The position numbers were made by a program, and so were the translations under genes. Of a stretch of DNA of 59,639 nt, positions 37,513 through 45,854 are shown piece by piece (the first letter of the stretch is position 1; each line of letters opens with the position of its first letter). The notes beneath the pieces are model-generated. The model saw nothing but the letters and a program-made list of their open reading frames with translations. It was not told the origin of the DNA and ran no database searches. The DNA is taken from NCBI GenBank assembly GCA_047639325.1, contig JBLINN010000001.1:1-59639 (forward strand), written 5' to 3'. The stretch is from Paracoccaceae bacterium. GTDB lineage: Bacteria > Pseudomonadota > Alphaproteobacteria > Rhodobacterales > Rhodobacteraceae.

Positions 37513-39756
37513 GTGCTGCACGAGCCATCCAAACCCCGGGGAAAACGGCGCCTGCGCACAATGCCGATTGCGTTGCTCAGCGGATCCGTTTTGATGCTGA
37601 TCCTGACATTGATGATGGGGCTAAGTTACGAAACTTCGACCCGGTTTCGTCAGATCGAAGAAGGCTGGCAGGACTATACCAAAGACGCCGACCCGCGCGG
37701 GATTTGGATATCGGATATTCGCGGCTATTTTGGCTATGGCGGCATGATCCATAACTTCAAAAATTACGTCCTGCGCCGGGATCAAAAATACGCCCGCACC
37801 CTGCGCATCCAGACCGATCTGTTGCGAAAAGCCATTGGGGCCTATCAGAATGCCGGCCCCAGCCCGCTTGAACAGAAAGCGCTGATCCGTATCCACGGCG
37901 TGGTCGAGGAATATGCACAGCAGATCGACAAGATTGCCCTTGGCATCCGGCAGGGGTTATCAGCCGAGCAGATTGACGCGATTGTGCGGGTCGAGGATGC
38001 CGATGCGCTAAGGGCTTTGGCACTGTTGGAACGCAACTGGCGCGATCAGCGACAGCGCAACCTGAACGACATTGTCGCGGCTTTGTCCGAAGGCGAAACC
38101 CTGGTCCGCTATCTGACGGGGGCCATGGTATTGCTAACGGTTCTGGTTGGTTTGCTGGCCCTGCTGTTTTCCATTCTTGTCGGCGGTTCTTTGCGATCCA
38201 ACGCCGCCCAGATCCGCGAATTGAAGGCCCGCAAACAAGCCGAGGAAGAAGAACGCAAGCTGGCCTGGGTGGTGCAACAAAGCCCGGCCTCGATCCTGAT
38301 TACCGATACGCGCGGTAAAATCGAATTCGTGAACCGCAAGCTGCTGGAAATGACCGGTTACAGCGAATCCGAATTGGTCGGCCATTCGCCCAGCCTGCTG
38401 AAATCCGGGCACACGCCCGAGGCCGCCTATCGCGATATCTGGGCGCGGCTTCGCGAAGGGCATCCTTGGTCGGGCGTGTTCAAGAACCTCCGCAAGGATG
38501 GCAGCCACTACTGGGCCTCGACACAGCTGCTGCCGCTGTTGGATCAGGACAACAATATCACCAACTATATTGGCGTCGGCGAAGATATCAGTGAAAAAAT
38601 CCGCGTGGACGAACAGATCGCGCAGGTGCAAAAGATGGAGGCCGTGGGCATTCTGGCAGGCTCGGTTGCGCATGATTTCAACAATGTTCTTATGACCATC
38701 ATCGGCAATACCGAATTGATAAAGCTAGAGGTTGATGATCTGGCGGATAGCGCGGAAATCGCGGCATCTGTGGACCAAATCGAAATCGCCTCGCGCCGGG
38801 TCCGCGCCTTGATCCAGCAGTTGCTGACTTTTGCCCGCCAGCAACCGGGGCAGCCGCAGCGCCTGGATCTGCTGCAAGCGATCGAAGAGGTACTGGAACT
38901 GATCCGCGTGTCCACCCCGCCAAGGGTACAGATTGATCTGATTGCCAGCGATCAGGCATTGGCGACAGATATCGACCCCACCGCGTTTTTCCAGATTATC
39001 ATGAACCTGTGCCACAATGCGGTCGAAGCGATTGGCGACCGGGGCGGGGCGATTACCCTGCAACTGGGGCAGATTGCACCGGGGGGCGATGGCGGGCTGG
39101 ATACCCTGCCCAAAGCGGCAATTGGCAGCCTATCCATCACCATCCATGACGACGGCCCGGGCATTCCGCTGGATCTGCAAAACAAGGTGTTCGAGCCGTT
39201 CTTTTCCACCAAACCCGTGGGCAAGGGCACCGGCCTGGGGTTGGCGATTGTGCGCAACTGGGTGGAAGAGGCCGAAGGCCGGGTGACGTTGCAAAGTTCG
39301 CGCGCAACGGGGACGACGTTTACTTTGGTGTTCCCGCAATTCGAAATGCTGGACAGCGCGGTTGCGGTTCCCGATCAGCCGCCACGCGGTCAAGAACACA
39401 TTCTGCTGGTCGATGATGAAGAGGCGTTGCTGTACACTATTCGCCGGATGATGGCGCGGCTGGGCTATCGGGTCGAGGCTTTTTCCGATCCCGCGCTGGC
39501 GTTGCAGGCGTTCCGCATCAATCCGCAAAGCTATGATCTGGTGGCCACGGACATGATAATGCCCGAGATGAGCGGTGACGAATTGATCGTCGCCATCCGC
39601 GATATTCGTCCCGATGTTCCGGTCATGGTAATCAGTTCGTTTCACGCCACGGGCAGTTTCCCGCCGGGGTTTGAGGATGTCCGCAAGGTTGCAAAACCGG
39701 TTAATCTTGCCGGGTTGGCGATGGCGTTGCGGCAGGTGATTGACGGCACAGATTGA
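37513..39756 (+). CDS. Hybrid sensor histidine kinase (TM/sensor region, PAS, HisKA, HATPase, REC)
   Basis: PAS (ILITDTRGKIEFVNRKLLEMTGYSESELVGHSP), H-box GSVAHDFNNVL, G2 GTGLGLAIV, REC (ILLVDDEE...ATDMIMPEMSG...KP). Start is GTG 37513 or ATG 37561. Confidence 0.85.
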   Translation: MLHEPSKPRGKRRLRTMPIALLSGSVLMLILTLMMGLSYETSTRFRQIEEGWQDYTKDADPRGIWISDIRGYFGYGGMIHNFKNYVLRRDQKYARTLRIQTDLLRKAIGAYQNAGPSPLEQKALIRIHGVVEEYAQQIDKIALGIRQGLSAEQIDAIVRVEDADALRALALLERNWRDQRQRNLNDIVAALSEGETLVRYLTGAMVLLTVLVGLLALLFSILVGGSLRSNAAQIRELKARKQAEEEERKLAWVVQQSPASILITDTRGKIEFVNRKLLEMTGYSESELVGHSPSLLKSGHTPEAAYRDIWARLREGHPWSGVFKNLRKDGSHYWASTQLLPLLDQDNNITNYIGVGEDISEKIRVDEQIAQVQKMEAVGILAGSVAHDFNNVLMTIIGNTELIKLEVDDLADSAEIAASVDQIEIASRRVRALIQQLLTFARQQPGQPQRLDLLQAIEEVLELIRVSTPPRVQIDLIASDQALATDIDPTAFFQIIMNLCHNAVEAIGDRGGAITLQLGQIAPGGDGGLDTLPKAAIGSLSITIHDDGPGIPLDLQNKVFEPFFSTKPVGKGTGLGLAIVRNWVEEAEGRVTLQSSRATGTTFTLVFPQFEMLDSAVAVPDQPPRGQEHILLVDDEEALLYTIRRMMARLGYRVEAFSDPALALQAFRINPQSYDLVATDMIMPEMSGDELIVAIRDIRPDVPVMVISSFHATGSFPPGFEDVRKVAKPVNLAGLAMALRQVIDGTD

Positions 39757-39765
39757 TCCGGGCCC

Positions 39766-41163
39766 TCAGGTGCCGAATTTTCTGATCCCCGACGGCCCCG
39801 TTTCCAGATGTCCGGTTTTCCCCTGCCCCACCAGCGCCTCGGCCACGCGCTGCGCGGTGTCGCCCGCGCCGCTAAGACAGTTGGCGACCGAGACTCCTCG
39901 CAGAAAGTTGCCCGTGACAAACAGGCCGGGAACGCGGTTGGCTAGGTTTTCCAGCACGTCCACCCGGGCGGTATGCCCCAGTTCATATTGCGGCAGGCCC
40001 AGCGCCCAACGGCGGGCCCGCTGTATCACTGGCACGCCTTTGATCCCCAAAAGTTCGGCCAATTCGCGATGCACCTTGGCGATCAGCGTGGTGTCATCAA
40101 CCGTGGCCAGTTCCGGGTTACGCGCCCCGCCAGCATAGGCCGAAATCGCCACGTGTCCGTCGGGCGCGCGGCCTTGGTACATAGTGGACAGGAATTGCGC
40201 GCCCGAAATGATCCGGCTTGGATCCTTGGTGGACAAAAACCCCAGCCCATCCAGCGGATGCGCCACCTGATCGCGCCGATAGCCCAGGAATACCACGTTG
40301 ACCGGCGGGGCCATGATACTGCCCGCAGCCGTTGCCGCATCCATATCAAGCGGTTCCAGTAAACCGGCGGCCACATGCGGCTGCACCGCCAGCACCACGG
40401 CGCGGGCCTGGACCCTGCCCTGGCTGGTTTTCACGTCGAACCCTTGCGCGGTTTTGCCAATGCCCAGCACCACCACCCCGGTCTGCACCCGCGCGCCAAG
40501 TCGCTGCGCCAGACGTCCCGGAATGGTGCCGATCCCGCCCTGCCACGAATACAGATGCCGCCCCGGTTCGCTGCCTTTGCGCGCCTTCAGGATGCCCCGG
40601 ATGATCGACCCATGGGTCTGTTCCATCTCGGCTAGCCGGGCAAACGCGCCATTGATCGACAGCTTTCTGGAATCGCCCATAAACAGCCCCGCCGCCATCG
40701 GGTCGATGATCTTGTCGGCGAATTCCCGGCCAAACCGACGGGTGGTAAAGGCGTGAATGCTTTCTTCGGCGTCGTCGGTTTTGCGCGGCCGCAGCCCTTC
40801 CAGCAACAGCGACAGGCGGGCCTTTGGCGACAGGTAATTCGACAGGAAAAAACCCGCCGGATGAATGGAAATCCCGCTGAGCCGCCCCTGATCGCGCAGG
40901 TAACGCCGCCGGACATTGGGGCCAAGATCGGCGGCGCTGTCCAACAGGCCAAGCCCCGCAAGATGATCCACCGCACCCGGCACCGAGCCGTTGAACGTGG
41001 TTGGCCCGTGTTCCATCAGAAACCCGTCGATGCGTTCGGAAATCGCGTTACCGCCCGGCGTCACCTGACGCTCCAGCACCTGAACATCCAGGCCGCGCTG
41101 CATCAGCCCGTGCGCGGTTGCCAGCCCGGAAATGCCGCCGCCGATAACCACCACATCCCGCAT
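39766..41163 (-). CDS. HemY-type FAD-dependent protoporphyrinogen/coproporphyrinogen oxidase-like protein
   Basis: DVVVIGGGISGLATAHGL dinucleotide fold and collinear HemY-like blocks (...FLSTMYQGRAPDGHVAISAYAGGARN..., ...GLFVTGNFLRGVSVANCL). The ATG overlaps the upstream stop (TGATG). Confidence 0.7.
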   Translation of the reverse strand: MRDVVVIGGGISGLATAHGLMQRGLDVQVLERQVTPGGNAISERIDGFLMEHGPTTFNGSVPGAVDHLAGLGLLDSAADLGPNVRRRYLRDQGRLSGISIHPAGFFLSNYLSPKARLSLLLEGLRPRKTDDAEESIHAFTTRRFGREFADKIIDPMAAGLFMGDSRKLSINGAFARLAEMEQTHGSIIRGILKARKGSEPGRHLYSWQGGIGTIPGRLAQRLGARVQTGVVVLGIGKTAQGFDVKTSQGRVQARAVVLAVQPHVAAGLLEPLDMDAATAAGSIMAPPVNVVFLGYRRDQVAHPLDGLGFLSTKDPSRIISGAQFLSTMYQGRAPDGHVAISAYAGGARNPELATVDDTTLIAKVHRELAELLGIKGVPVIQRARRWALGLPQYELGHTARVDVLENLANRVPGLFVTGNFLRGVSVANCLSGAGDTAQRVAEALVGQGKTGHLETGPSGIRKFGT

Positions 41164-42446
41164 CAATCACCCCCCTGCATGGCGCGCACAAAGGCGGGTG
41201 GGCCTGCGTCGCCAAAGCGACGTTTGGCCAGCTCTGTCAGGTCATCGCGTGTCACTTCGGTTCGACCTTGGGCGCGCGCATGGTCCTCGGCGCGCCGCCG
41301 CACCATGCGGCGCACAAAACCGGGCACGCGGGCGACATGCGCCTCGGCGTCATCAGACCATCGCATCGCGCCCGCGTCGGGCATCATCGGCGTGATCACC
41401 GCGCCGCCACTGGGCTGATAGGTGCACAGGCTGTCCTCGCCCATCATGTTGCCATTGGCCGCCAGCGGACGGGCACGGCAGCCGCCGCACAGCTTTTGAT
41501 ATTCGCAAACCCCACAGCGCCCTTCCAGCTTGGGCGCGCGCAGCGCGTTCAGCACCGGGGCGTCGTTCCAGATGTCCTGAAACGACTGATCCTTTAGCGA
41601 CCCGGCAGAATTTCCCATGTAAGGGCATGGGGTTACGTCGCCATTGGGTGTCACCCGCGCATAGCGCGTCGCGGCAATACACCCGCCTGCATCATAGCCA
41701 TGGGCGGCTGTTATCGGCCAATCCGGGTCCATCTCGATGGCGATACGTTTAAAATGAGGCGCACATTTGGCCCGCACCATCAGGCGTTTTTCGTCCCGCG
41801 CCGCCGTGGCCACGCGGCGCAAAACCAGGTCGTATTTTTCTGCTGAAATGCCCGAATATTTCTCACCTCGTCCGGTGCAGACCATGAAAAACACGTTCAA
41901 CACCATCGCCCCCGCCTCGCGGGCAAAGGCGACCATATCGTCGACCTCATCCGCTGTTTCGTCGGTGGCCGAGAAATGGATTTGGAACGCCATTCCGGCA
42001 TCCTTGCAGGCATCAATTCCCGCCATGGTCCGCACCCAAGCGCCTTTCAGGCCGCGAAACGCGTCATGCACATCCCGGTCCAGCGAATCCACCGATATGC
42101 CCATGCCCGCCACCCCGGCGGCTTGCAGCGCTTTGACCCGCGCAGGCGTCAGCGACATACCGTTGGTGCCCACCACCACCATCAGCCCCAGCCCGTTGGC
42201 ATGTTCCGCCAGTTCCGGCAGATCCGGGCGCAAGGTTGGTTCGCCGCCAGTCAGCACCACCATCGCCTCGGGGCCGGTTTCAGCGATTTCGCCCAACACG
42301 CGTTTGATGTCATCGGTCGACAACTCGTCCTGCCCGCCGTCTTTCAAGTGGCGTGCGTCCAGATAGCAGTGGGCGCAGGCAAGGTTGCACCTTTCTGTCA
42401 GGTTCAGCGCCACAAGATAGGGGGCGTCTGCCTTGCCCTGGGGCAT
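41163..42446 (-). CDS. Radical-SAM/SPASM enzyme (NirJ/AhbC/AhbD-like) with a C-terminal PCP_red-like domain
   Basis: CNLACAHCY (CX3CX2C). SPASM-type Cys cluster ...GRCGVCEYQKLCGGCRARP... C-terminus WSDDAEAHVARVPGFVRRMVRRRAEDHARAQGRTEVT. Confidence 0.8.
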   Translation of the reverse strand: MPQGKADAPYLVALNLTERCNLACAHCYLDARHLKDGGQDELSTDDIKRVLGEIAETGPEAMVVLTGGEPTLRPDLPELAEHANGLGLMVVVGTNGMSLTPARVKALQAAGVAGMGISVDSLDRDVHDAFRGLKGAWVRTMAGIDACKDAGMAFQIHFSATDETADEVDDMVAFAREAGAMVLNVFFMVCTGRGEKYSGISAEKYDLVLRRVATAARDEKRLMVRAKCAPHFKRIAIEMDPDWPITAAHGYDAGGCIAATRYARVTPNGDVTPCPYMGNSAGSLKDQSFQDIWNDAPVLNALRAPKLEGRCGVCEYQKLCGGCRARPLAANGNMMGEDSLCTYQPSGGAVITPMMPDAGAMRWSDDAEAHVARVPGFVRRMVRRRAEDHARAQGRTEVTRDDLTELAKRRFGDAGPPAFVRAMQGGD

Positions 42447-44095
42447 CACTCTTTTCCCGGCTCAACCGGGCACATGGCCATGCGTGACGCGGCAAAAGCC
42501 TCGTCCTCGATCGTGCTATCCACCACGCTAAGCCCCCGGTCGCGGGCGAAATTCTCGATTGACGTCCGGACCTGATCTCGAAACGCTTCGGGCACTCGTT
42601 GCAGACGCGCCAGCGGGGCGGTGCGCCAGATGATTTCGGCCCTTTCGGCCCGGATCGCGGGTTCCAGTGCGGCCTCGGCCATGAAGGGTTCGATATGCAC
42701 CCGTTCCACCGTTTCCCCGGCGTCCCGGCGCGCGGATTTCTCGGCCCGCAGGCCGATGTTTTCGCGCACCTGTTCGTCGCTGATCGTGTCCAGCATGGCG
42801 CGCGCGTCTTCGGCCCATTCAAGCCGCTCAAACGTCTGCTCGACCGCGCCTTTGCCACTACCCCCGGGCATCATCTTGGACATGATATCCTGCACAAACC
42901 GCGTGGTGATAAACGTGTGCCCCTGCTTTTGCGCCGCCCGGATCACCCCGGTACGGGCGATGCCGCGAACAAAATCCGGGGCGCGGTTGATCATCGCTGT
43001 GGCCTCGTCCGACCACATGATAGTCTCTTCCGCGACCACGTCCGAGGGCGGGAAATGTTCGGCCTGACCGACCCAGACATGGCAACCCACCATGCGCAGC
43101 AGGTTTTCGGTATTGCCGCCGATATCCAGCCCATCATCCGCATGCACCCCGGTTTTACCGATCACTAACAGGCTGGCCTTGTGTTCATCCACGTATTTCT
43201 TGATCGCCTGATACGGTTTGCCTGCCACTAGCGCGCACACAATTTCGCTGCCTGCATCCTTGGCCACGGTTTGCGCCACGTTCAGATGCGCCTGATAGAT
43301 TTTGGCAATGCCGTCATCAATCAGCTCTTCGTGCAGCTGTTCCTGTTGCTTGAAGCGGAACACTTTGCCCGCCTCTTCGTCCAGAACGGTCGAGATTTTG
43401 TTGAAGGCAACATAATGATAAAACGGGTCATAGGCGGCCACAACATGCACCGGCACGTCCAGCTTTTTGCCGATATCCAGCGCCGTCACCAGCGCGCCAA
43501 AGGATTTGGGAGACCCATCCATACCAACCACAATTGGCCCATCACCAATGGAAAGGCGGCGATCCTTGGCGACAAACACATCCATATTGGCGCGCCGCAC
43601 CACCCGCTCGCACACCGTGCCAATGGTTGACCCGGCAACCGCCCCCAGCCCCAGCGCACCCATGAACAAAACGTCATGTTCGCCTGTGGCCATGGCCTGG
43701 GTCACGCAGGTATAGTTCTTGCCTTCGGGTGACAGGCGCTCAAAGCGTACATCGGCCTTTTTCGCCACAGCGGCAGCGGCGTCGTGATAGCTGTCGGAAA
43801 TCAGCCCCAGCCCCATGCCGATCAGGTCTTCGTGCACGTCGCGCTGCTTTTCCATCTCGCTTTCGCGCTGATATTGCTCTGGCAACCCGCCTTCCATCTG
43901 CCGAAACCGCTGATCGTGCAGCTTGGCGGCATAGGCGTGGATACCGGTGATGTGACCACTGGCCAGACGCACTGCTTGACGCATGGCGTTATTGGCGTAA
44001 TCGGACTGGTCCAGCGCCACCAATATCCGCGTCATAACTGCCGGAGCCGTGGCCGCCGCGTCCGTTGTTCCATCATCAATTGCCAGATTGGTCAT
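42446..44095 (-). CDS. Tandem universal-stress-protein (USP) domains fused to three PCP_red-like repeats
   Basis: Two USP folds (…VLFMGALGLGAVAGSTIGTVCERVVRRA…, …LLVIGKTGVHADDGLDIGGNTENLLRMV…). Then three repeats of the form xW..eA...l.r.P.FVR.....r...A...G...v. Confidence 0.6.
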   Translation of the reverse strand: MTNLAIDDGTTDAAATAPAVMTRILVALDQSDYANNAMRQAVRLASGHITGIHAYAAKLHDQRFRQMEGGLPEQYQRESEMEKQRDVHEDLIGMGLGLISDSYHDAAAAVAKKADVRFERLSPEGKNYTCVTQAMATGEHDVLFMGALGLGAVAGSTIGTVCERVVRRANMDVFVAKDRRLSIGDGPIVVGMDGSPKSFGALVTALDIGKKLDVPVHVVAAYDPFYHYVAFNKISTVLDEEAGKVFRFKQQEQLHEELIDDGIAKIYQAHLNVAQTVAKDAGSEIVCALVAGKPYQAIKKYVDEHKASLLVIGKTGVHADDGLDIGGNTENLLRMVGCHVWVGQAEHFPPSDVVAEETIMWSDEATAMINRAPDFVRGIARTGVIRAAQKQGHTFITTRFVQDIMSKMMPGGSGKGAVEQTFERLEWAEDARAMLDTISDEQVRENIGLRAEKSARRDAGETVERVHIEPFMAEAALEPAIRAERAEIIWRTAPLARLQRVPEAFRDQVRTSIENFARDRGLSVVDSTIEDEAFAASRMAMCPVEPGKE

Positions 44096-44101
44096 GTTCT
44101 C

Positions 44102-44971
44102 TTATCCATCTGTTGCACAGCGAAACCCGACGAATTCCGCGTAAGTGTTTGTATAGTCACACATTCTGTTGCTTGCGACGGTCATGTGGGGCCGCCCATT
44201 CCAGCTGTTGCCCTTGATATAGGCGCAGGGTTCGCCGGGGATGCTTGCGTCAGCCTGGTCCGGAGGCAGGCATATTTCCGGCAGCACGCCCCCATTGGCC
44301 GCCGTAAGTTCCGTCAAAAGCGCGCGCATTTCAGGCGTTGCCTGTTGGTCCAGAACCACGTTGTCGCGGCAGACACCGGCGCGCGCGGTGCGGGTATCTG
44401 CCACCCATTCGGAAACATTGCCCGCCAGGCCGCGCACGCCGTAGGGGCTGATATCATCCGCGTGATCCGTCACCGGAACTGGACCCGTGCCGGTCAAATG
44501 GGCGCGGGTCAGGTCGGCGTCATCGCCCCAGGGGTAAATCCGCCCATCCGTGCCACGCGCCGCCTTTTCCCATTCGACTTCGGTCGGCAAGCGTTTGCCT
44601 GCCCAGGCGCAAAAGCTGGTGGCATCGTCATGCAGAACCCCGGTGACCGGCTGATCAGGGTGGTTGAATTCCGGGTCATCGGCAAAGGCCGCCGAGGTGT
44701 GGCCGGTGGCGGCCGTAAACTTGGCGTATTGCGCGTTTGTCACTTCGAACCGGTCAATGGAAAACCCAGCGACGCTGTAGGGCATCGGGCCATAAAGCCC
44801 AGTGTAAGAAACATATCCCAAAGTGGCCTGCCCGGCGGGGATTTTCACCATGTCGCCGTGGGCAGAGGGCCAAACCCCCAATGCCGCCGCCCCAAAGGCG
44901 ACAGCCCCGGCACCAGCCACAGCCACCGCCACCGCCACCGCCGCGGATATGGCGATCAGGCGAATAGCCAA
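44102..44971 (-). CDS. FGE-sulfatase (SUMF1/NirV-like) domain protein, membrane-anchored
   Basis: FSIDRFEVTNAQYAKF, LPTEVEWEKAARG, GNVSEWV, KGNSW...VGFRCA. The Ala/Val-rich anchor is encoded by a GCCACC-type repeat. TTG start is uncertain. Confidence 0.7.
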   Translation of the reverse strand: MAIRLIAISAAVAVAVAVAGAGAVAFGAAALGVWPSAHGDMVKIPAGQATLGYVSYTGLYGPMPYSVAGFSIDRFEVTNAQYAKFTAATGHTSAAFADDPEFNHPDQPVTGVLHDDATSFCAWAGKRLPTEVEWEKAARGTDGRIYPWGDDADLTRAHLTGTGPVPVTDHADDISPYGVRGLAGNVSEWVADTRTARAGVCRDNVVLDQQATPEMRALLTELTAANGGVLPEICLPPDQADASIPGEPCAYIKGNSWNGRPHMTVASNRMCDYTNTYAEFVGFRCATDG

Positions 44972-45063
44972 TACCCCAGCAGCAACAAAACCACGGCCAC
45001 GTTGACCAGGGCACCCGCCAAAACAAACGCATCAAACGTATTGATTTTACGATGTTTCAGCAT
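44956..45063 (-). CDS. Possible 35-aa single-TM peptide
   Basis: MLKHRKINTFDAFVLAGALVNVAVVLLLLGYWLFA fills the gap between the cupredoxin-like and FGE-like genes. Below the ORF-track cutoff. Speculative. Confidence 0.2.
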   Translation of the reverse strand: MLKHRKINTFDAFVLAGALVNVAVVLLLLGYWLFA

Positions 45064-45086
45064 GGGCTACCCTTTGGGTCTGTTGC

Positions 45087-45827
45087 TTAGTAGGACAGGT
45101 CCTTGGTCACGGCGCCACCGGCATCGACGGTGATTTCACCGACCTCGACCTCGCCCAGGAACCCGTGCCACATCATCACTTCGTAGGTGCCCGCCGGGAT
45201 ACCATCGATCGAGAAACCGCCAGCCTCGTCCACCACCGAATAATAGGGGTTCTTGGCGACAAACACGAAGCTGTGCATGAAATCATGGGCGTCGCATTCG
45301 ACTTTCATGCCGTTGCCCCGGCGAAGTTTCACCTTTTTGGTGACCGTATCGCCCTTGCTGGGCTGCGATACATTCATCACCGTGCGACGCGCCTTGCCGA
45401 TCAGTTCGTAGGTATGGATGTTGTGCAGGGTCATGTCTGAATTATTCGCCGTCAGCTCGCCCCCATTGGCCATCACGCCCAAAACCGTCGAAAATTCACA
45501 GCCTTCCTGATCGATGGTCAGGTTCATTTGTTCCGCGTCAAAGGCCTTGCCTTCGCCAACCTCGTTCAGGAACACCACCGCGTTCATCAGCTTGCCGTCA
45601 CCGTTGATTTCCACAAACGGCACCTCGCGCGATCCCTCGCCGCAGATTTCCGGGTCTTTTGAAATGGTATAGCTGCGGGTGTCGGCCTCGGCAGCGCCGG
45701 CGGCCACGGTTCCGGCAAAGCTGCCACCATTGCTGACATCAACTTCTTTGTATCCCTTGGCGCTGGCCGTGGTGGCCAGACCAAGCAACGCCAGTGTCAT
45801 GGCGGATTTTGCAAGCGTATACTTCAT
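45087..45827 (-). CDS. Secreted cupredoxin-like protein with a C-terminal CarboxypepD_reg-like domain
   Basis: Signal peptide MKYTLAKSAMTLALLGLATTASA. Candidate type-1 Cu ligands are HNIH ... C-DA-H-DF-M, the amicyanin-type C-X2-H-X2-M spacing. C-terminal GGFSIDGIPAGTYEV. Confidence 0.5.
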   Translation of the reverse strand: MKYTLAKSAMTLALLGLATTASAKGYKEVDVSNGGSFAGTVAAGAAEADTRSYTISKDPEICGEGSREVPFVEINGDGKLMNAVVFLNEVGEGKAFDAEQMNLTIDQEGCEFSTVLGVMANGGELTANNSDMTLHNIHTYELIGKARRTVMNVSQPSKGDTVTKKVKLRRGNGMKVECDAHDFMHSFVFVAKNPYYSVVDEAGGFSIDGIPAGTYEVMMWHGFLGEVEVGEITVDAGGAVTKDLSY

Positions 45828-45854
45828 AGGATTTCCTTTCATTATGGGGGCCGT

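Noticed and set aside
43784-45133. 449-aa plus-strand ORF; likewise 55544-57031 (495 aa), 17530-18522 (330 aa), 36621-37484 (287 aa), 20757-21392 (211 aa) and 3877-4683 (268 aa)
   Set aside because: All are antisense to genes with clear family signatures. All have low-complexity Arg/Gly/Pro-rich translations and lack an RBS.
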